Part shown: piece after piece, positions 1 to 17,019 of the stretch
How the letters are laid out: each line of letters starts with the position of its first letter
Numbering within the stretch: position 1 is the stretch's first letter
DNA from: Phoronis australis
Lineage: Eukaryota; Animalia; Phoronida
Reading direction: 5' to 3'
NCBI GenBank assembly: GCA_002633005.1
Contig: NMRA01000464.1
Span: 186,001 to 250,000 of the forward strand
Length of the DNA stretch: 64,000 nucleotides
Notes under the pieces: model-generated
Databases searched by the model: none
The model's input: only the letters and a program-made list of their open reading frames with translations
Told to the model about the DNA's origin: nothing
Program-made: the position numbers and the translations under genes

Positions 1-388
1 TGCCTGAAGCAAACTGACAACTGCAGGAATGACACATTTTAATGCTTCAGATGACTACTACCAGTGTTTGCTGTGGAGCAAGCACTGCTTGTTATCTTTT
101 TTACATTTGTAAACATTGTGAAGTCGCATCAGTTGTTGCATCTTTGCTGAACTTGTTCTTGTTCATGCAATCATCTCTTCAGATAATTTGGATTCAGCTT
201 TTCTCAGATAAAATCTCTTGGATCAAACTCTTGTGTGAATTTCACTACCAAACCTATTCTGGCCCTCTTTACAAAATAACAGAACTTCATTTTACATGAC
301 AACCCTTAACAGCCCTAGAAAAAGACACTAAGCTTTTTAATAGTGAATGATAAATGACTGATTGCACTGAGCACTTCGTACCAAACAT

Positions 389-3919
<3,531 letters not shown>

Positions 3920-4925
3920 CTATAAAGGCACTTTTTGGTGGAGGCTCTATTGAGACATAGGCAAAAACTTATTTTCAACTAATGGTGCTCCAGCAGTTGG
4001 ACCCATCCGAAAATCAATGTCAATCATCATTACCACGATGAGACATGTCTGTGAAATTTTGTAAGGAACCTTCAACTAGTTTGGTGGATATAGGTGGACA
4101 TGAAAAAAGGCCATTTTGACAATAATTGATGGGTATTATGGTGAAAACTAAAAAGGTCAACAGAGAGTGTTACAAGAGTCAAATTTTTGAATTTGACTTG
4201 CAGGCACATTCCAGCCATAAGACTTGTGTCAAGTTTCATCAATATCTATCACACCATTATGACAATAATCAAAAGATAAGGAAATTCAGTTGAAAACTAG
4301 AACTGCCTACAGAGTATTTAGAATAGTCAACTCCACCTGAAAAGTGACTGGTGGTGATGCATTCCTGCAACAACACCTGTCAGGTTTTGGCAAAATTGAT
4401 CAATTCGCCTTAAATTGAGGGGCAAGGCATTTCTTATGGATAACTAATCTTTCTGCAAATTACGTAGTGCCGGTACACTCCCATCATTTTTTCTTTATGT
4501 GAAGTTTCACCAAAAGTCGTCAAGAAGTTTCACTAAAACTTGTTGAACAAGGATCTTTAGCAGGAAACTAAAATACTTGGACATAACATGCTCAAATTTT
4601 GACAATCAGTTTCATGCTCGTTATTCAGTGGAGAAAAGCAGTGCCCAGAATGTGAGCACAATATATCTGACTGTAACCAAGTAGTCAACAAGGGATGCCA
4701 CATTCGTTAAGTTGTTTTTGAGAAACAGTCAAACTTCATTACAACGTACATCCAGGACCTTTGAAATCTGTGCTATATAATGGTAGTTGTTTGTAACCAG
4801 GGTAGGCTTATGTAAATTAGGTAACTTGGAAGTCTGTGCATGATGTGGCTGTTTACATTTGACCAACAATACACGGGATGCTGACTAAAGCATTGTTTCT
4901 GAAACAAGATATGAAGGCTCCTTAC

Positions 4926-5131
4926 TTGTCACTGCTGGACGATGGCTCTCCACGATGGTTGTTGATCTCTGTTACATCCTCGTTGGCAGGGTGTTTGCCC
5001 GCCCTCACATGGTCATCCCTCTCCGTCTCGCTGGTGAACACCAAGTGACACTCTGGACATGTCCACTGTGTGGTTGATGTCGGCGTACCAGTCAAGCACT
5101 TGTCATCCTCAGTACTAGATGGAACATTGTT
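4926..5131 (-). CDS. GPATCH8/ZNF804-like gene, internal exon with C2H2-type zinc finger
   Basis: ttgttgcag acceptor and AA|gtaagg donor. Encodes WTCPECHLVFTSETERDDHVRAGKH. Phase 0 to 2 joins the terminal exon in frame. Confidence 0.85.
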
Positions 5132-6824
5132 CTGCAACAAAACACCAGATGTACAAATCAGGCTTATGGCTCACCTACTGTGCTTTCTAGCAATATTTGA
5201 AAATGCAAAGTTCCCCGATAAGGTCATGGTTTTACAATCGAAGATAAGACTATACTAGCTCTTCTGGACATAAGGCCAATTGGTTGGTCTTCATACGTTG
5301 GTGTTCACACGTTTTCACCAATCAGACATGACTACAATGACAAGTTTAGTTTAAAGCCTTATTAAAAATGTGCTTTCTATCAAAAAAGTTTTGATTTACA
5401 TGGTAAAATTAGCCTGGTCTTGACGTCGAAATAACTTATAGTTCATTTATTTTTTCAGATCAAGCTTGTGTACTTTCTCAGTAGAAACAATGAACGTCGG
5501 TTCTTTCCAGGGTCAGGTATCACATTTATTTTGATTAAGGAACAATTTTGAGATCTACTTCATAACTTGTTCTTTTAAGAGAAACCATGATTTCAATGCC
5601 ACTTCAAGTTACAATACAGCATAGTGTTAAAAAGTTCAAAATGGAGAACACGATCAAATAAGCAAGTGAATTTCTAGCTAAAATTTAAAAAAACAACATT
5701 CCTCGAATACGAGATAACCAAATATAAAGCATACGCTAAACACAAGAAAGTGTATGACATCTACATGAGTGTTAATGGTTATGTTCTGAAAGAGCTTCCT
5801 AGATGACTACCTACAAGACTACAAGGTCAGCTTACATACGCGTTGAATCTGTCGAGGGAAATACGGCTGTGTAATAATTTTTTCCGTATTCACCTCCCGC
5901 ACTACTTTTAACAGTGACCTCTGACATGGAAAGTTCAAAAGGTAGGGCAATGTCGACTCGATGTCGTTAACTGGTTAGATCACCAAACTTTTCGACATTA
6001 TTTCACGTATCGACCTCGACCTTTGGTCTCGGTTGATATGCGAAATAATGTGTCGTGGGATATTACTCCATGTATGCCACTCTCGGTACGTTTTGTGTAT
6101 ATATTTGATAGCAACAATGACCACACGACACTGCTAGTGTTAAACAATATATAAGTCTTAATGTTTTACGCAGCCTAGCCAAGATGTGCATCTCAGCACC
6201 ATCTTAAGATAAATGCCCAATTCCAATTCAAAGATATGCCAGCATGATAGCCAACAATAATTTTTCATAAGTAAAGATTGCAAGTTGAATATCCCTTAAA
6301 GAAAATTGTTGATATATATTTTGTTGAAAAGAGGACATCTGGGGATGGATCAGTTGAAGTGAAGTCACCACTGTGGGGAAACTTGAAACCTTGCAGCACA
6401 GATGGATCGACATGAGTAAAAGAAAGCAAAAATTAGTGTCACTAAAAACTACTCCTCTTCGAATAAAAGAAATATAGAAATGAATTTACTATTCTGTTAA
6501 ATTTGTGGAGCGATGATATGTTCTAGCGTAGAGTGCCGTGAAAATAACCTCACCAACTGACCAAAAAAGATGCGAGTCACGAGCGTACTGAAGACGGACT
6601 TTTTTCAGAAGCAGGAGAATGATACATAACGTTTTTTTCATTTAAACAGCTTTACAGGCAAGGTGTTGGTTGACTAAGATTTTGCATTCACTCTCAATAG
6701 CAGAGAGCTCAAAATATCGACACTAGCTTTATGGTCAGAATTACTCGGTAGTGTGAAATTTTGAGGGCTACATAAATTTCACATGTATCCCTAGAGCTAT
6801 AGCTGTATTTTATGCATGTCTAAA

Positions 6825-7082
6825 CACAGGTAGCTAGCTGACTGGATGGTATACATACAGCTAGCTGGCTTGGTAGTATACAAACAGCTATGTGGCTGGG
6901 TATAAGTCTACATACAGCTGACTAGCTGGCTAGCCTACGCACAACTACAGCTGGCTGCTTGGCTAGCCTACACATAGCTAGGTGGGAAGTCTACATGCAG
7001 CTGGCTACCTACATACAGGTAGCTAGCTGGCTGGCAAGTCAATAGGCAACTGTATGGCTAGTCTACAGACAGCTGGCTGGCC
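6825..7082. repeat. Degenerate short-period tandem repeat (CAGCTAGCTGGCT core) at the end of a dispersed element
   Basis: Repeated core. 6750-6870 is homologous in reverse to 46400-46510. Confidence 0.65.
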
Positions 7083-7645
7083 ACATGTGGCAGTCTTCCA
7101 GATTTCCTGTTTCAGATGTTCTTGTCAAGAAAAAAATGTTCAACAGTATTATACTAGATGAAATACATGGTGTTACCATGTAAACTGTCTTCTTCAGAAC
7201 ATTTCAACCACTTAGCAAATTAACTAGTCTAAGAATACATAAGTATTCTTTGATTAAAGCAGCTTTAAACACGCCTTCCATTACAAAAACAAACTCTAAT
7301 TTAGCCCACTTACTGAAACTTGTCACTATTTGTTCCTTGCCCAAATTAGAGGTGACGTCAAAGATTTCAAATAACTGAGAGCTCATTATTGATGCAGACA
7401 AGGTTCTACAAGTTGGCGTGTCATTTTATGCACTGTCACTTCTTTGCAAACCTTGAAATAGCTTCTCATCCGAGTAGGGAACAAGTTGAGACCAATTTTA
7501 CTGTGGTAACTGGTCCAAATCAACAGTTTGTTTCTTGGACAAATGTGGGCTTATAGCTTCTTTAATCTTTGTATATTACAAGAACGCAGTTGAATATTTC
7601 AAAAAGAAATGAATTCAATGTCATCAAGAGTTTGTAAATGTATAC

Positions 7646-7704
7646 CCCATTAGTTTCAACATCCCCAGCAGGTCTTTTCTCGTCACCATCACTCGTGGCA
7701 GTAC
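7646..7704 (-). CDS. GPATCH8/ZNF804-like gene, 59-nt internal exon
   Basis: cgtcttttag acceptor, GGG|gtatac donor. Encodes GTATSDGDEKRPAGDVETNG; phase 1 to 0 fits both neighbours. Confidence 0.7.
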
Positions 7705-10700
7705 CTAAAAGACGAATGAGCAGCATTAGACCATCGCTATGACAACTGTAGGGGGCGTCATGCAACCACTGGTACCTCTAATAGCGGCTAGCCGGGCTTA
7801 CTTACAGCGCACGGCACGAATGTTCCAACTAAGTGAACAAGACTATGAAAAACGGAACAAAAAGCAAAAGCGAGAATGACATTAACTACTACCAACAGAG
7901 GGGGTCGGGTGACTCCGTGTGCATGTGTCCGTGGGTATGGACGCGTATGCGTCAAATTCGTGACCACACAAGGGAATGGGTTAGTAGTTGTACTATAGCA
8001 ATCACCTAAACCCAAATGAAAGAAGACTTGACGGTGCCACATACATGGCAAAAGGTGAAAAGCCAGAATAGAACATATAATACTAGAATAAGTTTAGAGT
8101 TTCTTCAGCTGTCCTGTCAGGACACAGTTTAACGATTGTATCTGCTCAAAACAGTTAGTGTTCTGTGAGTTAGATGTGAATATAAATGAAGAAAAAACAA
8201 ACAACAAAGGCAGTGTTCACAACAGCAAAGAGGGTAAACGAAAGAGAGAGAGAGAGGCGGTAATTACTGGAGGTTGAAACAGAGAGAGTGGGCCGGCTAG
8301 ACATCGTAGTATGCAAGACTTCACAAACCTAACTGGACAAGACACAGCAGCCGTACGTACGCACGTACGTCATACACGATTATCGTTTTAAAAGAGAACA
8401 CCATAGCAATGCAAAGAAAAATGTAAGTCGTCACGCTCAAATACGTATATATATATATATTACCGGGCAAACCGAATTACCAAGACTCCGCAGTACCCTG
8501 CTGGGGGAAAACAATAAGGCATGTCAGTTTAACAACAGACACACATAAGTTACGCCAGGGACCGGTTCAACATTACTGAGGCTAAATCACACCAGGTGTC
8601 GCCATGAGCTGGCACTGGTGACATCTGCCTCACTAATATCAACGATCATCAATGTTTAAACTTTGAAAAACATTTAAAACTGAACATGAAAAAACATAAT
8701 TATTACGTTTACTGCAAAATATGCACAGCAAAACATGACATTCTAACTTATGACCCTTCTGCAAACTACTAACACAGATACTTGTAATACTGTCCAATAA
8801 TTATAAGGTGGTGACTGGTAAAAATGCAACACCACAATAAGAAATGTGATATAGTATTTGTGGCCAGTTCATTACGTGTCACATTGTTGATAGGTATCTT
8901 GCACACTACACCGACGATCAAAAACAAAAAAGCGTATCCAGCAAACAAACCAACCAACAAACAAGGCATACTAAATAAAATTCTTAACTACGCAAACACA
9001 TAATTATCGCCAATCTGAAAACGCAGGTTCTTGTATTGCTGTCAAAGAGAAAAGTATACAATGAAAACATGGGTATGAACCAAAGAACACTATATAACTC
9101 ATTCAACACCTCTTAAAAACAAACAGCCCATACCAACAGGGATATTGGTATGAGGACTATTGTAAACCAGTGGTGAACATTTGCAGTAGAGTTACAACAC
9201 ACACGCACAGCAGCGCTACCTAGCAAGTGATGCAATCACTAGAAGATTATGTGTGTGCAGGTTTGTGCAATTTTCAAAACGGTCTCATTTCGGTACTCAG
9301 ATGTACGCCATCACTACACAACTATATGGTCAACAGATGCATGCAAAACATAGCACTGTCACTAGGGTAGGCCAGAGAAGCTGAAAGCACCCAAGGAAAT
9401 GCTTACACTATACCAGTTACAATATAGATACACGTACATACAGAGACAGATCAAACTGTTAACTCGCTAATACCAAGGCTGGGGTTAAATGGCGAAAAAC
9501 ACAACACAAATTCATACAGTAGGCTATCGTTGAGGTGACTGCAGAGAAGGGCCACAGGGCCCTTCAATGCTACACATACGGTAACAGTAGGGATTCTGTT
9601 TACTATCTCCAATCATTCATACTCAAGAAGCAATGGAAATCTGCTCAGTGGAAAGGCTATGTATACATACAAAGTTACAGTCTTACTTGATGAAATCACC
9701 ATGTTATAGAAAAGAAAGATTACCTGGTTCTTAACCATAATCTACAGAAGAAAACAGGTACAATTTAGTTGCTGTGCCTAATTATTAAAGACTTCCTTGA
9801 GTATAATTTCTAGCTGATATTCAATTTGCATTATGCTGTTTATTCCACCTGGTAAAGTGTCAAACTTGAGTACCACACTTTCAAATATATCTGATTAATC
9901 ATTGAGTTGCAATATCTGACAAACTTGAATAATTATTTGCTAAGTAACTGAAAGTTCTGTATATTACTAGACAAAAAATTAGGAGAAAAAACAAAGTGAC
10001 TAACCACATAGTTAGTTTCAACATCTACTACAAAAGGTTGTTAGTTCAAAATCCCAACAAGTGGAACGCTTAACTAAGAAGCTACTTATCTAAAGAATGA
10101 AAGTGCAAACTGCAACACAGTTACCTTTACAAAACATTGTAGTGGAAGAAAAAATCAAAAATTAAGTGAACAATTAGCATATTCTATTGTTAAAATGGAA
10201 GAACCGACATATCTGTGCATTTGTGAAAAGGGAAGTGCAAGGAGCCAACTTACTTGTGTACCTGTCGTTTAATTTATAGATTTGTTAGAGGCAGTTGAAC
10301 ATATCAATCAAGCAATTTACACAAAGTACCATGAAAAAATATGTAAATTCAAATCGTATTTTGTTTTGTGAATTAATTTCCACTTAAGAATTTATAATGT
10401 ACTTTATTAAACATGTGCAATGATCAAATGTTTAATTGTGTCAGCATACACTGGTACAAACAATTGCTTCCCACTCCAAGCAACAAGCATGCACAGACAG
10501 ACCTAGCTAACTTCAGCCTAGTTAGTGAGCAAGTCACAAGCCACCCCCTGGCATGCTGGTTCACATTGGCATGACAACAAATGTCATTTTAGCTCCAGTT
10601 TAAGGTTATCTAGGATCCTAGACAAATGGCCAAGTTTAGCTAACTTCGGAAAATCATATCCCAGAAATGGCTGTTTGGGTTCACACGAAACTTTCATATA

Positions 10701-13700
10701 CTATGGTTCATAAACTGTTCTCCGATACACTACTAGAAACTTTTTCAAAATGTCATATTTTTGCATGAGGGGTTCTCAGAAATGGGGCTTCTATGATTTT
10801 CATGGAAAGTTGAGTTTTTGAGATTTCATCTTAACCAATTATATCAAATGAAATTTGGTCACATCTTTGATACTATTGTTGTGTTGTCGACATAACTTTC
10901 TTTTCGTTAAATTTTACTAAAAAGACAACACCACTTGACCCAATTAATAACAGATTGATAAAAAGTCAAATGCTACAGGCCTTGTAACTGCAGTTTTGTA
11001 GAAATTTGGCTAAAATTAGTAGATAAACAGACTTGTTGATTAAGTACTACATAACCTTACTAATTATTAATAATTATTAATAACCACGAGTCATCTTAGG
11101 TAAGTACTTTTAAAAGATATGGTACGGTAAAATCTCACTAATTTCGGACAAAAACAATTTTTTTATTTTGAAAGCCTCCTAACACTGTTGGGAATGCCCA
11201 CAATTTCTCAGAAACATTGCCACATGGTAGCTGTGGTGGGGAGCTTCAAAAATGATGAAACATTTATTTAGTGTTACTTATATTTTCTGGGAAATATAAA
11301 TTCACGTATTAACCATATTGTGTCCTAATTGATGAGATGTTACCGAAAGCCGGATAAATTTCTTGGTCCCCAAGGGGTGTCTCGTGACTCGGTATAGTCC
11401 AACGGAAGTTAAGGAGTCGTTACAACCAGCTAGTCAAGACTGGACAGCACGCACACATGACCGGGTACTTGCCTTGGCTGAAGACCTGCCAACAAACTAT
11501 CAAGGCTAGTTAAGAACACTGCCAACAGGGGGCTTTGTGGTCACAAACATACATCGCTGAACAAAGGTGACTCAACCACTAGGTATTTTTCATTCACAAC
11601 TCAAAGCACCAAATGTTTTGCAAACTGTCAAATTCTAAGCCAGCTACACAGGTTACTGGGACAGTCTTTGAGGAAAAAATAAAACTGCCCATGTGTCCAT
11701 GGCAAGCCACACATCATCTCAACAATAGCCTTTTTGATATGTACATAAAAACCAAAACTGTGCAGGTTACAAAACGCATAACAGACATCCAAGAAACGAG
11801 TCAAGAAAGAGGTTTTTATGGACAGAGCAAGAAACGGGGTGTTGCGAGTCAAAGCAAAACGTGGCACAAACCAAATTCATCACAACTACACAGGCAAGTC
11901 AAGAGAGAAGACAGACGGGGTTAAAACAGAAAAAATAACCGTTTAATTTTAACAAAAAGGTTTCCAGCAAGAATATGTATGTATATACATCCGGTGACCG
12001 CCCTGACAACTCACCATCCCCGTTTTATTTATAATCTGTCAAACACAAAGAGGAAAGTCTGAGTTTTTATTTGTTGAGTGCCCTTCAAGGTCACATGACT
12101 ATCCAACATTATCACTACTATTACCAAACAACAAGAAATGGCTTATCTATCACATCCCCTGCTCAAGTGAAATACACCATTATTTTTCTATGTTCATCAA
12201 ACCATATGCACTAACGAATGCTCAACATCATTTATACACAATTGATGTCTGTAATCCACTTTTCACACGTGAAACGGAAAGACACCCTTGAGATATTTGC
12301 TAGCAAGAAATATAATGTATAATAAAGGTATTATGAAGCAAACATGGTTTCAAAATAAAATCGAATAACACAATGATCACATCATAACCGAAACATTAGA
12401 ACCCAATGCAAAGTGAGAAGCTGTTTTTAAGGCACTAAATTAGACAGTTTCGTACACAACTGTGCTTTTTACTGCTATGATGAAAACCAGATCAAAACTG
12501 ATTTCAGCAGCTCAAGCTGAAGATCACTTTTAATGTATGAGTGGCGCACTCTTTTGGTCAAGTCTCACAACACTTTGGGACAGCTGTACCAGCGTAATTT
12601 AGGATCTAATATTTGCACATTAGGCACAGTTTTGCCACCAACACCAAGGCGGTAAATGTCGGACATGGCACAGTGTGGCATGTCACTTGTTATCCAACAG
12701 GGGCTGTAGAGTACTTTTTTAAAAAAGCGTATAGGTTCAAATAGTTAGTTCGCCCTCTGGTCAAGAAACCTGCCAGTCACTTACTTGTACAGCTGTCCGC
12801 GCTAAGAAGCTGTCGAAAAGTTTTCCTATTCCAGAAAGGCAATGTTATTTTTTAAGACCCGAAACAAGTTCTGTGTTTTTGCGAAATTGAATTTGAAAAG
12901 GAGTCAGAACAACTGACTGTTGTCTATGACAAAAGCTTTTCAAACCATCTTGAGAGTACTATGTCATTGTATCATTCATGACTGGGTTAATGCCTAACCA
13001 CGGCTATGTGCAATGACACACACAACTGAATTTTCATCAGTTTCACTTTGAAAAATTCATTTTCGGATGCACTTGGCACATCCCCCCACCCCAGAGATTC
13101 TCGATTTCTAGCCCTAGGCGTTAACCTGAACCAACTGATATGGAAATCAAGATGGTTAAGAAAACTTGGTCATCCACTGACTCCAAGGTTCCAACTGGAA
13201 ACTGAAAATTAGATACCACCACTCTCTTGGCAGTTGGCAGTACATGTTCATGATTAAATACACAGCTGAACCAGACTTGGCTGGCAAGAGGAAAACTTTC
13301 CTCAATCACCCGGGCGCCGAACTCATGCATTTTTCAGGTGCGACGCGGCCCCAACTACAAGGGCAATAGCGCTGATTACGCAGGGGAGAGGGAGTGGTAA
13401 GCGTTTGCAAACACAGACAGCGTGGTGTTAGTTGACATTCAACAAGGGGCACGAGTACACCGGAAAGCCATCTACAAACTACGTCTATAAATGATGAGCA
13501 ACTCTAACTCCAACACATTCCAGTGAGACATGAAAGTGCTGCCACCGAGTGAGTCAGTGCCAATTTAGAGGATCCAAAAAAATTTTTTTGGCAAAAAAAG
13601 AAATCCAAATGACAACAATGTTCTCTCACACTTAGTATGTGGTAAAAGAGAAACTTTAATTTACCATATTAGTAACTATTTTTTCTGAAATCTTCAACAT

Positions 13701-16700
13701 AAACAACTTTAAGCTGAGTTAAGCACTTAGTGCGGTCACTCTTCACAACGTGACGAACAAGAGCAATTTTATTTTGGCAAATTTTTCCACAAAAACAATG
13801 ATTAAGACATGCTCAGTTCATTACTAACTTAGTAAATATACTGTGTAGATGTCCTTAAACAATATTTCATTACAACATCCTACCATCATTTCCAGCAAGG
13901 TAATCAGCCTCAGAAAAATGAAATTTTGGCAGTTTTGTGCAAATCAAGTACACAACTACCAGAGTTAAACGATAAGTTTTTCAGAACTTGCATTTTAAAG
14001 ATTTTGAGAATACAGCACGAAGATCAACTAGCACTTCCTGTGCTCATCAAAAACAAAGACGCAGCACCAGGTGGCAGCTGGGTGCATACCATGTTTATAT
14101 CTGCAGTGAAGCCAAAACGGAATCAATGGAAATCACTGGCAGTAAACACGATTGTCCATGAAAGAAAAACAAGAAAGAAAAAAAAAGCTCAAATCCAATC
14201 GCAAAATCACAAGCTAAAAGCAGGCAGCACAAGAGATGGTGGAGAGCGGTAGTCAGGTATTAATGATAAGTATGCAGATACACGATTAGTACTAGGCGTT
14301 AGACAGCGCAACTGGCTTCAAATCGTGTGACTGGATGGTTAAGTATTTGGACTCATAATCATGATTCGTACATCAAAAGAACAAGACAACGTTAAAACCT
14401 GTGGCGCACAGAGAGTGAGACTTCTGGCCCCGGTAGTCATGGTTACCTGCAGTGGTAGCAGTAGTAGTCTGGGAGGGAGATACAAGCAAGACATTGTCAG
14501 GTAAAAACCTCGTCTCCTACCACCATCAATCATCATTACCGTACAGTGTACTTCACTTGTTACATACACACACCTACACACCAGATTCATTTGTGGATCA
14601 AGCTACAGAGGACACTGGTCAGACAAAGGCACAGACACTTGACACTGCAGGACTGCAGGTTTACATTGCACCCAACTCTTGACATTTCCATAGCAGCCAA
14701 TGGGTGACTCTAAGAGCTAATACAACGATGGTCCTACCAGTATAAATTAATGTGAAAAACAGGGGTCTTCATTAGAACCACCACGTGAATATCGAGTCGC
14801 CCATTGGTAACTACATAATTGGCTAAACCAGTGATGTGTACAGACACTGGTCAATTTCAAGTTGGAAATAAAAGAACAAAACTTAGGTGAGGGTCACAAG
14901 ACCATTCACCTGTAGACAGGCTATTTTGAGCAGTGAGTTTTTATCAATCTAAGGACTGGTCTACTAGCACGGCCAGACACATGGACTCTTTTTCAATAGC
15001 AGGGAAGGAGCAGAAAGAAAGAGAGAATATAATACCAACACCACAAATAGCAAGACAGCCAATAACGCTATCAAGAGCTAAGGAGGGGACGGCTGCCACG
15101 AGCGAGCAGACACCCCCAATAGGGATCATGCTGACCAGAGACGCTCTTACCGTTGGTGGTCAGTTTTTTGGATGGAAGCACGACAAACAAACAACTGGTG
15201 CATGCCTGAGTGAACGGATGAACAACACTCCAATTCAAGCCGACACTCTGTTGGCCAAGGTGTTTCCCAGCAGCAATAGACAGAGTTGTAATGACTACAT
15301 CCCGAATTCAGATCTCCCTTCTTGTGGAGGTAAAAAAGTGCATGACTGACCTAGTTTTAAAAAAGTAGAGTGGCCAACACACTTAGGAGCCAAGTCGGAC
15401 TAGTCAACAATGTTTCATCATCACTGACCCAGCTTTACAAAAGTTGTGCAACTACCTGTGCAACAGAATGATGAATGACACACTAATACTAAATGTAAAG
15501 TAGTGATAGCACAGCAATAGTGTGCAACTGTAGGGCAAGTGTCCTACAGATGTCTAGCATTGTGGGAAACTACCACAAATTTGGTGAAAACGCAGTGGCA
15601 ATCCAGGAAGTGGGTCTTCGCTGCACTTCTTTGGAATTGCAAAGATTTCCAGTCACTGCTGAACAGTTTTAAGTTTAAGGTGCTTTTAATATTGTACATT
15701 ATCTACATGGGACAGTTTGAATTCACGGAGTTGTATTTTGCAATACAAAATGTAGAAAAGTGAACTCTGACTATTGTCTGCTGAGGTGCACTAACTATTG
15801 TCGCTTCCAGCGACATCTGTGAGTGGCTACACGATTGCCTAATCTATGTAAAACAGCAAATACAGTCCCACGTACCTACACTGAATAATGGACCAAATGT
15901 TAAATGCACTAATCAAATATCAACCACCTACAAGTAGTCTACTTTGGTGAAAGTGAAAGATAGGTCCAGTACACACCCCTCTTCCTCTCTCTGTCTATCA
16001 GACTGGCAGTCATTCACAATCAGTGGATTTCAATACTGGTTTGAGGCAAACTTTGACCGTGTAAAACTAAGCAACCATTATAGGCATGGCTCAAAATCAA
16101 TAATACTTTTGTGATTGATAGCTTTTGCTGTGAAGGCACTATTAATGTCACAGGTGTAAAGTGAGAGAAAACTAGTGATATGTTCAAAGTAATACAGACA
16201 AAAATTGATTATTTTGATATAAAAGCCAACTTCCAACCTTGACAGACAAATGGTCTTCAGGCTAGACTGTCACACATTCAGTGCCAGCAGTCAGCAATCC
16301 AATCACAATTGAGCGTCACAACAAAATGTCAGCCGAATCTTGTAAGAACGAGTCGGAGAGAGAGAGAGAGAGGTACTGAATAAATGTTAATCACCAACCT
16401 ATAAGCAATCTTATGAGAGTGCAAAGGTCGGGCAAATTCCTAAGCAAGCGAACAGCATCGGAAGAGGTAGCATAAACTTATGCGTAGAGCGATACCAGTG
16501 TCACAATGGTGCCAGTCTAACCTAATCCGACTCATGACATTTGGCTGCTGGGATGTACCTTCCGGTGCTGTTCCTCTTGCTACAGTGAACAAGTAAATCA
16601 CAAAAACAGAGCATGCCATATCATGCAGAAAAGGAATCCATGGCCAAACAGCCTTTGACCAGTGTCCACCACAGCAGACCCACATACATCCTACCACGTC

Positions 16701-16928
16701 CTCATACTATCATCTTTAGAAAATATAACCTACGATCTCTGCAAACATTAACAAGTCGGTGGCATAGGCCAAATTATAACAAACTGTACTGCCATATGAT
16801 TACTCAAGGGAAAATAAACGTTCACCCCAGTTTGAACACTGAACTTTTTCGGGCCACTTATATCAAGCCGGTCACATTTTTAAATCTTGGCGGTCTTGAG
16901 AAATTAAAATGATGAGAGGTCTACATAC

Positions 16929-17019
16929 CTGCCAGCGGCCCACTGGCCATAGTTGGGTCGGGTGACGTTCTGTCTGTCGGGATAGTACGTCGTCTCACAA
17001 TCTTAGGGGCTTGCGAGGT
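16929..17019 (-). CDS. GPATCH8/ZNF804-like gene, 91-nt internal exon
   Basis: tctatttgcag acceptor, CAG|gtatgt donor. Encodes TSQAPKIVRRRTIPTDRTSPDPTMASGPLA; phase 0 to 1. Confidence 0.72.

Noticed and set aside
8464-11482. Further microexon candidates near 8481-8500, 10254-10261 and 11472-11482
   Set aside because: Weak or ambiguous acceptor or donor; cannot be separated from chance.
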